Made by a program: the position numbers and the translations under genes. The notes beneath the pieces are model-generated. The model was not told the origin of the DNA, ran no database searches, and was given only the letters and a program-made list of their open reading frames with translations. A DNA stretch of 64,000 nt from Deltaproteobacteria bacterium (GTDB lineage: Bacteria > Desulfobacterota > Syntrophobacteria > BM002). The stretch spans positions 2,476,315-2,540,314 of the forward strand of contig CP070689.1 in assembly GCA_020353155.1 (NCBI GenBank). The letters run 5' to 3'. This document shows positions 8,344 to 16,978 of the stretch, piece after piece (positions within the stretch are counted from its first letter, which is position 1; the number at the start of each line of letters is the position of its first letter).

Positions 8344-9183
8344 TCGCTCCTTGGCACGGCTTTTCAGATATGAGATCAGCGATTCCTCAACTTCCTGTAT
8401 TTCCCTTCGAGCAGGCAGATTACTGCAAAGCCTCTCAACATAATGTCTTTCTAATACCTGGCGGCATGACATTGGCAAATTGAGGTCAAATACCCACCCG
8501 AGTCGTAACAATATCATGTCGTTTCGATTACGCACCGAGCTAAAGTCCGGGACCTTTCTCTCCATAAGTTCAGTCACTATTCCATGGTTGAAAGAATTGC
8601 CAGTAGGTATTAAACCCTCTAAGGTTTCTACTAAATTGCCATGTCCTTCCAGTTCGGCGATGACCAAGCGCCATATGTCCAACTTATCTGCATCCCGGAG
8701 AAGTCGGGAAAAAAAGTCTTGCCGCGGCGAGAGACTCAGAGGTAATTTTCGCAGATTGTGATGGCGAATTGCTACTTGGATAAGCTCCCGTTCATCTGCC
8801 GTTAGGTCCATTAAGATCTCGTGCTGGGATATTACTTCAAGACCTAGCAGGGCGTGATCCTGGGAAGCACTATCAATGAAAGTGGAATAATTCTTCCATT
8901 GAGGAAAGCGGCCTATATCGTGAAACAGAGCAGCTGTCTCAGCTAGTAATAGATCCTCATCGTTCAGACCGGATTCTCGACCCAGAAGGACTATTTCTTT
9001 GCAGGTCCGTTTCGTATGTTGCTCTTTCAGGAGGATAGGCCTCACCCCATCTCCGGGCAGATCGTAGTATAGGGCAACGTAATTCTTGAACCAATTTTTG
9101 AAGTAATCCAGCTTGGCTTGTTGCATGATAATGGAATCCAACCAGCCCCTAAATCTCCCTTTTATCCCCTCCTGCCCGCGCAA
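8338..9183 (-). CDS. HD-domain metal-dependent phosphohydrolase
   Basis: 281 aa with ALFHDIGRFPQ, AIRHHNL and LRDADKLDIW (H...HD...D pattern). The 3' end overlaps the convergent pseudo-receiver gene by 6 nt. Start uncertain: 9183 or ATG at 9126. Confidence 0.65.
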   Translation of the reverse strand: MRGQEGIKGRFRGWLDSIIMQQAKLDYFKNWFKNYVALYYDLPGDGVRPILLKEQHTKRTCKEIVLLGRESGLNDEDLLLAETAALFHDIGRFPQWKNYSTFIDSASQDHALLGLEVISQHEILMDLTADERELIQVAIRHHNLRKLPLSLSPRQDFFSRLLRDADKLDIWRLVIAELEGHGNLVETLEGLIPTGNSFNHGIVTELMERKVPDFSSVRNRNDMILLRLGWVFDLNLPMSCRQVLERHYVERLCSNLPARREIQEVEESLISYLKSRAKERS

Positions 9184-9276
9184 GGGGGATCTGCCATAGG
9201 ATAAAAAACAAGTTGTTTGGCAGGCTCTAAAAGGGGCTTGCTGCTAAGGTCATAGCCTGGAACCATCCGATTATAT

Positions 9277-9304
9277 TTACACTTGGACAATAACTCAATA
9301 ATAT
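9277..9304 (+). promoter_or_regulatory. candidate sigma70-type promoter for the ADP-ribosylglycohydrolase gene
   Basis: TTACAC (9277-9282), 16-nt spacer, TAATAT (9299-9304). Confidence 0.3.
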
Positions 9305-9342
9305 AAGTATAAAGTAGTTATTAGTGAGTAGCCAAGTAAAGG

Positions 9343-9361
9343 GATTTCGAATTTCGAAATC
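9343..9361. promoter_or_regulatory. perfect 19-bp dyad GATTTCGAA-T-TTCGAAATC (candidate operator)
   Basis: Read directly from the sequence. Both 9-bp arms are exact reverse complements around a single central base. The dyad lies 37 bp upstream of the ATG at 9398 and is made of GATTTCG-family heptamer words. Confidence 0.5.
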
Positions 9362-9397
9362 TTTGGGCTCCATATCCATTTCCCTGGAGAGATAATT

Positions 9398-10336
9398 ATG
9401 ACCGAGCCCAACCTTGAGGCCAAGTATTTAGGTGGCATGGTGGGCAGTGCTATTGGCGATGCCATGGGCCAGCTTGCTTTTCACTATCCAGACAGAGACA
9501 AGTTAACCGCCGCAGTAGAGCGAGTGGCGGAATTGAGCTACACCGATGATACTGCCATGGCAATCGGGTTGGCCACTTCCCTCGTCAACAAAGGGCACCT
9601 AGAGGGGCGGGATCTCGGAGATACCTTTCGCCTTAATTTTGAAAAGGAACCATGGAGAGGCTATGCAGCAGGACCTCCCACAATATTTTCTTTGGTCCGT
9701 TCCAAGGGAATCACCTACGCGGAGGCAGCTCAGAAGCTCTTCGGTGGCAGCGGATCTTTTGGTAACGGAGCTGCCATGCGCATTGCTCCCCTAGGTCTTC
9801 TCTTTCATGATTCCGAGAAGATTTATGAATTGGCTTGTGCTTCGGCTGAAGTCACCCATGCGCACCCAATTGGAAAGGATGGGGCGGCGGTCCAGGCTTT
9901 GGCTGTAGCACAAGCTGTGAAGCTCGACTCGACAGAGGAATTCCTTCCGTCAGGGGTTGTTCGTAGCCTAATAGACTTTGCTCGTACTGGTGAAATCAGG
10001 GCAAAGCTCGAGCTCCTTAAGGAACTGCTCCATGAAGATGTCCCTCCAACAATTGCGGCTAAGCAACTAGGCCAGAGTGTTGCCGTACAGGAGTCACTGC
10101 CTTTCGCCATTTATTCCTTCCTTAGATATCCAAGTTCCTACGAGGACTGTCTCTATTGTGCTATTATGCATGGCGGCGATCGAGACACCCTGGGTGCTAT
10201 GGCTGGAGCTATGTCAGGGGCTTATCTAGGGTTTGAGGCAATTCCGCTCTTGTGGCGTGAGAAGCTGGAAAATCGGGAGAAAATAGAGAAGTTGGCATTA
10301 GAGTTGGCGCGGAAAACACTCAGCGAGACAGTCTAA
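9398..10336 (+). CDS. ADP-ribosylglycohydrolase family protein (DraG/ARH-like)
   Basis: 312 aa with GSAIGDAMG, YTDDTAMA, GNGAAMRIAPLG and HGGDRDTLGAMAGAMSGAYLG, the typical ARH-family metal-site motifs. Confidence 0.8.
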   Translation: MTEPNLEAKYLGGMVGSAIGDAMGQLAFHYPDRDKLTAAVERVAELSYTDDTAMAIGLATSLVNKGHLEGRDLGDTFRLNFEKEPWRGYAAGPPTIFSLVRSKGITYAEAAQKLFGGSGSFGNGAAMRIAPLGLLFHDSEKIYELACASAEVTHAHPIGKDGAAVQALAVAQAVKLDSTEEFLPSGVVRSLIDFARTGEIRAKLELLKELLHEDVPPTIAAKQLGQSVAVQESLPFAIYSFLRYPSSYEDCLYCAIMHGGDRDTLGAMAGAMSGAYLGFEAIPLLWREKLENREKIEKLALELARKTLSETV

Positions 10337-10438
10337 ATAGACGAGAAGAGCGATAATGGATATCAAACTAGGAACCCCCGTGCCTTTTCCGCATTCTGAG
10401 CTGTAGATGCTATGTAACGATGACCTTGGGAGCTAGCT

Positions 10439-11503
10439 ATGACTGAATTGAAAAGCCAGGGAGAACCGACCGTCCTCGTTCACCGACATGACCGCATGAT
10501 GACCATCGTTCTTAACCGTCCAAAAGTCCTGAACAGTCTTAATTTAGAGATGATTAGGCTGATCGACAAGGTCTTGGACGAGGCTGAGGCAGAGAAGGGT
10601 TGCCAGTTTATTTTGTTCTATGGGGCCGGAGAAAGGGGGTTTTGCGCCGGGGGAGATATCAAGGCACTTGCACAGGCTGTGCAGGAGAAAACCGCTCCGT
10701 CGGCAGAAAAGATCCTGGAAGAGGAATACGACTTATGCCTGAGGCTCCATCGTTTTGCAAAACCCATAATTGTCTTGGCAGATGGCATCACTATGGGCGC
10801 AGGACTGGGGTTGGCTGCTGCGGCTGACCTAGTGGTGGCCACAGAGAGGACCCGTATGGCCATGCCAGAGACCAGAATCGGTTTTTTCCCTGACGTGGGA
10901 GCAACTGGGTGGATGTTCAGCAAATGCCCCGAAGGTTATCCGGAGTATCTGGGTCTTACCGGATATGAAATGGTTGGCGCGGAGGCAGTGCGCGTGGGCT
11001 TTGCCAGCCACTTGCTTAGTTCGGAAAGATTGCCGGAGCTGGCAGCTGCACTTGAAGGATATTCCGGGAGCCTCTCCCCTACCAGATCACAGGGGGCGCA
11101 AACTCTATTTGCAGGATTAGATCATTTTTTCGACAAAAATATTCCCATGAATCAAGACATGGACGAGTGGGTGGCTCTCTATTTTGCCGGTAAGAGTTCA
11201 ATTGCAGAAATTATGAAATCACTGCGCCAGTGTACTATACAGACCCACTTGTGCGACGGGGTTTTCACAAGGCTGGCCGAGCGTTCGCCAACGGCAGTGG
11301 TGCTTACCCTAAAGCTTCTGCGCCACAATGAGGCCCAACCTATAGAGGCGGTTTTTCGAGCCGATCTTAAGGCCGCCCGTTTCATTGTGGCACATCCCGA
11401 CTACGTGGAGGGTGTGCGGGCTCGTCTAGTAGACAAAGACGATAAACCCCAGTGGCAGCCCGCTACTATTGAAGAGGTGGGCGACCTGGACATTAAACTT
11501 TAG
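10439..11503 (+). CDS. enoyl-CoA hydratase/isomerase superfamily, 3-hydroxyisobutyryl-CoA hydrolase-like
   Basis: 354 aa with GERGFCAGGDIKAL, ADGITMGAGLGLA and MPETRIGFFPDVG. The long C-terminal extension is typical of the ECH_2-type hydrolases. Confidence 0.75.
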   Translation: MTELKSQGEPTVLVHRHDRMMTIVLNRPKVLNSLNLEMIRLIDKVLDEAEAEKGCQFILFYGAGERGFCAGGDIKALAQAVQEKTAPSAEKILEEEYDLCLRLHRFAKPIIVLADGITMGAGLGLAAAADLVVATERTRMAMPETRIGFFPDVGATGWMFSKCPEGYPEYLGLTGYEMVGAEAVRVGFASHLLSSERLPELAAALEGYSGSLSPTRSQGAQTLFAGLDHFFDKNIPMNQDMDEWVALYFAGKSSIAEIMKSLRQCTIQTHLCDGVFTRLAERSPTAVVLTLKLLRHNEAQPIEAVFRADLKAARFIVAHPDYVEGVRARLVDKDDKPQWQPATIEEVGDLDIKL

Positions 11504-11666
11504 ACTCGAAGCCAATTGCTCGAGTCAGACAGTGCCGAGATATGTGATATGGGATGAATAATCTCCTAGACTGATGCAATATCCTTCTTTGATTGTAAAT
11601 CGCAGATCTCTCATCTCATATACCACATCTATTTCAATAAGCCTTGTTAGGGTGGCAGGAGTTTGA

Positions 11667-12881
11667 ATGACAGATCAACCGTTCATCCTTGGCGTAAACT
11701 ACTGGCCGCAGAGAACGGCCATGTTTATGTGGCGGGAGTTCGACAGAGCAACCATAGACGAAGATATGGCAATAATTAACGGTCTGGGTCTCTCTTGTAT
11801 AAGGATTCCCCTCCTCTGGGAGGATTTCCAACCAACTCCCAAAAACGTTCCTGCCGCGATGTTGGATCGGCTGGTGCAATTGCTAGAGGTGGCAGATGCG
11901 AAAAATCTCAAAGTGGTAGTGACCCTCTTTGCTGGACACATTTGCGGCTTGACCTGGCTTCCTCCTTGGATGCTTTTGGCTTCTGTTGATAGGAATCAAT
12001 CTCCAGTATTTTCCTCGGGCAAAATTCGCTTCAATAAAATTAGGAATTTTTACGCTGAAACTGAGATCATGGAAAGGCAAATCTATTTCCTCGGTGAGTT
12101 GGGAAGCGCTGTATCTGGGCACCCTGCCCTTTTCAGCTGGGATTTGGGCAATGAACCCTCTATGTGGTCCAATTCTCCCGACAACTTCGCTGCTGAGCTT
12201 TGGCTGAAGGCAATGACTGAGACCTTAAAAGAACAGGACGATCGATTGCCTCTCACCTTGAGTTTTCATGTGAGCGATCTCGGACGAAGAGAAGGTCTGG
12301 CGCCAAGAATGGCATCTAAATACCTGGATTATTTATCTATTAATGGTATGCCGCAGCGTGTTCCCTGGGCTGAGGATCCTTTTTCTCCGGTTTTTCCCTC
12401 CTTTCTGGGTTCTGTGACCGGCTGGCTTGGGAAAGGTCCTGTGATGATCCAAGAATTCGGATTAGCCACCGAGACCACTTTGTCCGTACCTCGAGGTTAT
12501 GAGTCGGTAAGCAAGGGTGAGCAACTCTTGGTCAGTGAGGAAGATGCAGCCTTGTTCGCTGAAGATGCGCTATTGCACCTGCGGAGATCACACGTGATGG
12601 GTGCGTTCTGGAAGTCCTACGGAGACTACCATCCCTCTATCTGGGAATGGCCGCCCTTAGACAAGCGCACAATCGAGCGCTTCTCTGGATTAGTTCGCCA
12701 TGACGGTACCCCCAAGGTTGCAGCTTCAGTGTTTAAGTCTATGCCTATTAGTTTAGAATCAGATGGGATCTCCTCGGAATGGCTTGATCTGACCCATGAG
12801 GAATACTATCAATATCCGGATCAGCATTTGAAAAGGCTCTATGGCCGTTTTCGGGAGTATTGTTCCTTGCATAGAGCATAG
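11667..12881 (+). CDS. TIM-barrel glycoside hydrolase (GH5-like), apparently cytoplasmic
   Basis: 404 aa. Candidate acid/base is WDLGNEPS and candidate nucleophile is MIQEFGLA. No signal peptide. The stop codon (12879-12881) lies inside a heptamer array. Confidence 0.6.
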   Translation: MTDQPFILGVNYWPQRTAMFMWREFDRATIDEDMAIINGLGLSCIRIPLLWEDFQPTPKNVPAAMLDRLVQLLEVADAKNLKVVVTLFAGHICGLTWLPPWMLLASVDRNQSPVFSSGKIRFNKIRNFYAETEIMERQIYFLGELGSAVSGHPALFSWDLGNEPSMWSNSPDNFAAELWLKAMTETLKEQDDRLPLTLSFHVSDLGRREGLAPRMASKYLDYLSINGMPQRVPWAEDPFSPVFPSFLGSVTGWLGKGPVMIQEFGLATETTLSVPRGYESVSKGEQLLVSEEDAALFAEDALLHLRRSHVMGAFWKSYGDYHPSIWEWPPLDKRTIERFSGLVRHDGTPKVAASVFKSMPISLESDGISSEWLDLTHEEYYQYPDQHLKRLYGRFREYCSLHRA

Positions 12882-12974
12882 GGCATGGAGCAAAGAGTAT
12901 GCGGCGAGATAGGCGAGACGTGAGGTCGAGCGAGACGAGGATTTAAAGGCAGAGGTTACAGTTAAATACGAAAC

Positions 12975-13200
12975 GTGGGAAAGTGAAGGATGTGAGATCT
13001 GAGATGTGGGGATCAAATTCAGGAATTTAGGGATTGAGGAAACCGGGGCCCCGCCCTGGAAGGGTGGGGACTAAGCGGAGCGCAGCGAGCGCGAAGAATT
13101 CAGGGATTTTTCGACACCGCGCTCAATTCCTTAATCCCTTAATTCGCAAATCCTGAATGTCTAGATCACATATCCCACATCAGCAAATGTAAATGTAATG
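12975..13200. repeat. long mirror-symmetric composite of heptamer arrays (GAGATGT + ATTTAGG words, then their complements)
   Basis: Left arm: gtgggaa agtgaag gatgtga gatctga gatgtgg ... ttcagga atttagg gattgag. Central GC hairpin: ccccgccc-tggaa-gggtgggg. Right arm: ctcaatt ccttaat cccttaa ... gatcaca tatccca catcagc. The arms are imperfect complements. Confidence 0.75.
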
Positions 13201-13263
13201 TAGGGTGGTGATTGCCAGTGAGAGTGTTTTTTGTTCAATTCAATCGACTGCGAGAATAGGTGA

Positions 13264-14205
13264 ATGATGAAAAAATGTCTAGTTACTGGTGGTGCGGGAT
13301 TCATCGGCTCAAATCTGGTCGAGCGATTGGTTGACGCATCCGTTCAGGTTAAGGTTCTGGACAACCTGAGTTCGGGGTTTTTGCAGAACTTAGAACCATT
13401 TCGGGGATATATTGACTTCAAAGAGGGAGACGTGAGGGATATAGCCACTTTGCAGGAAATTATGTCTGACGTGGAGGTGGTTTTTCACCAGGCTGCGCTG
13501 GTTTCAGTTCCCCAATCCATCGAAGATCCCATTGAGACAGCTATGGTAAATGATCTGGGCACGCTCAATGTGCTGGAAGCTGCCCGTCATAGTGGTGTTA
13601 GAAGGGTGGTATTTGCCAGTTCGTGTGCAGTTTACGGCGATCTCCCCCAACTTCCCAAAAAGGAAGAGATGGACACCAAGCCATTGAGCCCATACGCGGC
13701 TAGCAAATTACACGGAGAGACCTATGCCAGACTGTATGGAGATTTGTATGGGCTCGAGACTGTCTGCCTAAGGTATTTCAACGTTTACGGCCCCAGGCAA
13801 GATCCCAGCTCCCCTTATTCTGGGGTAATATCCATTTTTATGGACAAGGCTGCTCGGGGCGCGCCACCCATTATCTATGGGGATGGGGAACAGTACCGGG
13901 ATTTTGTTTACGTGGTCGATGTAGTCCAGGCCAATCTGCTGGCTGCCCAACGGGAGAACGTCTCCGGCGTGGTTATTAACTTGGGCACCGGCAAATCAGT
14001 ATCGGTGAACAGTCTCTGGAAACATATCTCCGAGCTTGCAGGTGTGCAAGATGAGCCAAAGAGAGCTAATTCTCGTCCTGGAGACATTAGGCAGTCGGTT
14101 GCAGAGATCTCCAGGGCCCAGGAGCTGTTAGACTTCGAGCCTCGTTACAGTCTCGAGGAGGGATTGCGGCTCACTTGGGAGTGGTATCGCAGTAGAAGCT
14201 ACTAG
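13264..14205 (+). CDS. NAD-dependent epimerase/dehydratase (extended SDR, UDP-sugar 4-epimerase-like)
   Basis: 313 aa with the Rossmann motif VTGGAGFIGSNLV and the catalytic YAASK (YxxxK). Confidence 0.8.
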   Translation: MMKKCLVTGGAGFIGSNLVERLVDASVQVKVLDNLSSGFLQNLEPFRGYIDFKEGDVRDIATLQEIMSDVEVVFHQAALVSVPQSIEDPIETAMVNDLGTLNVLEAARHSGVRRVVFASSCAVYGDLPQLPKKEEMDTKPLSPYAASKLHGETYARLYGDLYGLETVCLRYFNVYGPRQDPSSPYSGVISIFMDKAARGAPPIIYGDGEQYRDFVYVVDVVQANLLAAQRENVSGVVINLGTGKSVSVNSLWKHISELAGVQDEPKRANSRPGDIRQSVAEISRAQELLDFEPRYSLEEGLRLTWEWYRSRSY

Positions 14206-14298
14206 GCACTAAACACTAAGCACTAAGCACGAGGAACAGTGCAGAAACAGGTAATCATTTTGTTTTTCGGTGCATAGTGCCTAGATCCTAGTGCCTAG
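14206..14298. repeat. inverted heptamer-array element (CACTAAG family) between convergent genes
   Basis: Left arm is cactaaa cactaag cactaag cac. Right arm is gtgcatagtgcctagatcctagtgcctag, i.e. the complement words. The 16-nt string actaagcactaagcac (14215-14230) recurs at 41832-41847. Confidence 0.8.
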
Positions 14299-14302
14299 TT
14301 TG

Positions 14303-16234
14303 TCAGAGGTTGTGGATTTCTATGGGTACTACCGGGTCAGGGAGCTCGAAATTGAAAACTCTGGAATAAAAATACAATTCACTGTCCAGGGCGCGTTGAA
14401 TCGTTTCAGCCCGGCGGAAACCGTGCTGTTCACCCTCAAAGGGAATATAAGCCACTGGTAACCCCTTGGATTTTAAAGCCTCTAGCATCATCTCTGCCTG
14501 ATTAGGTGGGACCACCTCGTCCTCGAGTCCCTGGAACAGTATCAAGGGGCAAGAGAGTAAATGAGTGTGATGTATGGGTGAGCGCTGGCGATAAATGTCC
14601 AGGCTAGCAGGATATGGCCCCACGAGTCGGTCGAGGTATCTGGCTTCGAATTTGTGAGTTTCCTTTGCCAGGGCTTCCAGGTCGCTGATTCCATAGTAAC
14701 TGGCCCCAGCTTTAAAGATATGGCGGAAGGTTAAAGCACAAAGGGTGGTATATCCTCCGGCGCTGCTACCACGAATGGCGAGCCGTTCCCTGTCAACCCA
14801 GCCCTGCTCCACCAAAAAACGTGCACCATTAACACAATCGTCAACATCGACAATTCCCCATTGCCCCTCCAGTCGCTGCCGATAAGAACGGCCATACCCG
14901 CTGCTGCCGCCGTAGTTTACATCCAACACCGCAAAACCCCTGCTGGTCCAGTACTGAATGTCCCAGGCGAGAGATGCTGAGGTGGCAGAAGTGGGGCCTC
15001 CATGAATCTTAACTAGCATTGGTGGCAACTCATCCGATGGTGCTTGATAGTTACAGTTTTGTGGTGGATAGAAGAAAGCGTGTGAAGTTTTTTCATTTTC
15101 TGTCGGAAATTCGATTGGTTGTGGAATAGATATATAATCTTTGTCTACCTTGATATCGCTAGAGGATCGCAGGGGGTGAAATTTCCTGCTCTCGAGATCA
15201 AATCGAATGACAGAGGCCGATTGGGTTGGGGAGCCGGCGCAGAATACCGCGTGTTTTGAGGAGACCCGCAGGTTCCAAATTTCGGTGAAGGGAGTTTCAA
15301 TGTCCTCTAGATCGCCGGAAGCACAGTTAAGCTTGGCCAGATGCCAGATCCCCTTACTGGTATAAGTGCAGATGATACGGTTCCTCGACTCAAATCCATA
15401 GGTAGACATGTCAAGGAGCCACTGAGGTCTGCCGAAATCGCAATCCCTCTTATAGACAATCTCTAACTGATCGTCGCGATAGCGGTAGAAATTCCACCAC
15501 TCGTCTCTATCGGAGACGAAATAAAGGACACCATCTGAGGACCATTCTGGCTGGAAGATGGATTCATTGAGGTCCCCTGCTACCTTCAGTGTCTCACCAA
15601 TTGCACCGTCGGATCTAAAGGTTCCCAGCCAAAGCTCGGTTCCATCCCATGGGAGATTGGGGTGGTTCCAGGTAAGCCAGGCTAAAAATGAGCCGTCCGG
15701 ACTAATCCGAGGAGAACTGTAAAAATCGTTGCCAGTAACCAGAACTTGCTCTTCTTGATTTTTGCTCAGGTTAAAAGCAACTATAGTGTTAACTGGCTCG
15801 CTTGCTCCACTGCCGTGGTCTTCCCTTACACAAATCAGCCGGTTTCGCGATTTGTCCACTGTAAAGTTTCCATACCGTCTGGCTCCTGGAGAGCTTAAGG
15901 ATCGTGGTTCAAGGTTTGATTTTTGCTCATACAATCGCTGATCGGAGAAATTGGAGAAATAAATAGTCCCCCCAGAGACAACAAATGCCCCACCCCCGTA
16001 TTCATGGACCCGGGTACGTGCATCAAAGGGTTTTGCAGTGAGGTCCTCCATTTTGCCATCGTGGCTCCACCTCACGATAACATTGCGTCCACCTTCTGCC
16101 GGCCTAGACTCGCTCCAATAAACTTCACTGCCATCAAGAACAATCTGTCCCAGCTTTATGGTTTCGGAGACAATTAATTCTGAGGTAATAGGGGATCTCC
16201 ATGATCCATAGGGGGTCACCTGTACACTGCTCAT
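14303..16234 (-). CDS. S9-family serine peptidase (prolyl oligopeptidase/acylaminoacyl-peptidase-like) with N-terminal beta-propeller
   Basis: 643 aa. Nucleophile elbow IRGSSAGGYTT, Asp in FQGLEDEVVPP, His in EGEQHGFRR. Confidence 0.8.
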   Translation of the reverse strand: MSSVQVTPYGSWRSPITSELIVSETIKLGQIVLDGSEVYWSESRPAEGGRNVIVRWSHDGKMEDLTAKPFDARTRVHEYGGGAFVVSGGTIYFSNFSDQRLYEQKSNLEPRSLSSPGARRYGNFTVDKSRNRLICVREDHGSGASEPVNTIVAFNLSKNQEEQVLVTGNDFYSSPRISPDGSFLAWLTWNHPNLPWDGTELWLGTFRSDGAIGETLKVAGDLNESIFQPEWSSDGVLYFVSDRDEWWNFYRYRDDQLEIVYKRDCDFGRPQWLLDMSTYGFESRNRIICTYTSKGIWHLAKLNCASGDLEDIETPFTEIWNLRVSSKHAVFCAGSPTQSASVIRFDLESRKFHPLRSSSDIKVDKDYISIPQPIEFPTENEKTSHAFFYPPQNCNYQAPSDELPPMLVKIHGGPTSATSASLAWDIQYWTSRGFAVLDVNYGGSSGYGRSYRQRLEGQWGIVDVDDCVNGARFLVEQGWVDRERLAIRGSSAGGYTTLCALTFRHIFKAGASYYGISDLEALAKETHKFEARYLDRLVGPYPASLDIYRQRSPIHHTHLLSCPLILFQGLEDEVVPPNQAEMMLEALKSKGLPVAYIPFEGEQHGFRRAETIQRALDSELYFYSRVFNFELPDPVVPIEIHNL

Positions 16235-16313
16235 CTCAGGATTCCTCTCAACTAAAAAAATAACATATTGATTTAAAAATAAATATTAATCTAATTTTAA
16301 TAAATTACATTAA

Positions 16314-16757
16314 CTATTGCTCAATTCCCAAATTCTTCTTGGCCTGCTGGATGTCACCTGCATTAAAGAACTCCGGATAGTAATCCAAGGCAATTCTCTC
16401 CAAGGTCAGTCCACCCTCGTTGTCCAGTTTTGTGGCGATTTCTTCATTTCCAACTCGGATCCGCCATTGAACAAAGGGTATGATTCTTAAGTAATTACCT
16501 TCAAATTCCCTCCATTTCCCAATCCTCTTCGCTTCAGCTGAACCGATTATCCTCTCGGTGTCCTCCTCGACCTTGTAGAGAAGTTCCTCCAGCGTCGGCT
16601 TGCTCCCCGTAAGTTGATTTTCTTGCTTCTCCACGTATTCGGCCAGGGCTCTCAAAATAAGTTCTCTCAAGGTGATGCCCTCAAGTGCCGCGGTGGCTTT
16701 CGCCTTGCGGTGGAGTTCCCTCGGAAAGGGTCTGATAGTGTAGGCTGAGTCGGCCAT
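16314..16757 (-). CDS. ribbon-helix-helix (CopG/Arc-like) domain protein with unknown C-terminal domain
   Basis: 147 aa. The N-terminus YTIRPFPRELHRKAKATAALEGITLRELILRALAEYV fits a beta-strand plus two helices RHH pattern. AT-rich DNA flanks the gene on both sides. Confidence 0.5.
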   Translation of the reverse strand: MADSAYTIRPFPRELHRKAKATAALEGITLRELILRALAEYVEKQENQLTGSKPTLEELLYKVEEDTERIIGSAEAKRIGKWREFEGNYLRIIPFVQWRIRVGNEEIATKLDNEGGLTLERIALDYYPEFFNAGDIQQAKKNLGIEQ

Positions 16758-16786
16758 TTATCACCTCCAATGATACATTTGCGGCA

Positions 16787-16815
16787 TTAATAGTATATGT
16801 AGTATCAATAGTCAA
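16787..16815 (-). promoter_or_regulatory. candidate promoter/operator of the RHH gene
   Basis: On the minus strand: TTGACT (16815-16810), 17-nt spacer, TATTAA (16792-16787). The spacer carries AATAGT/TAGTAT direct repeats (aatagtatatgtagtatcaatagt). Confidence 0.3.
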
Positions 16816-16978
16816 CACCAAAAAATATACTTTAAACAATATGATACCTCGAAGATTTAAGAAGTCCAAGAAAGGGATGACATTGGAGAAAAGATCACTT
16901 AACCTTAAAAGTTACCCAGTCAACAGGCAACACTTTCTTGAAAGATATTCGTAAGGGATAATTTTTAAGGAGACCATT

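Noticed and set aside
9398-10336. ADP-ribosylglycohydrolase considered as the antitoxin half of a DarTG-like or other ADP-ribosylation toxin system.
   Set aside because: No ADP-ribosyltransferase-like or other toxin-like ORF is adjacent. The next gene is a crotonase-family enzyme.
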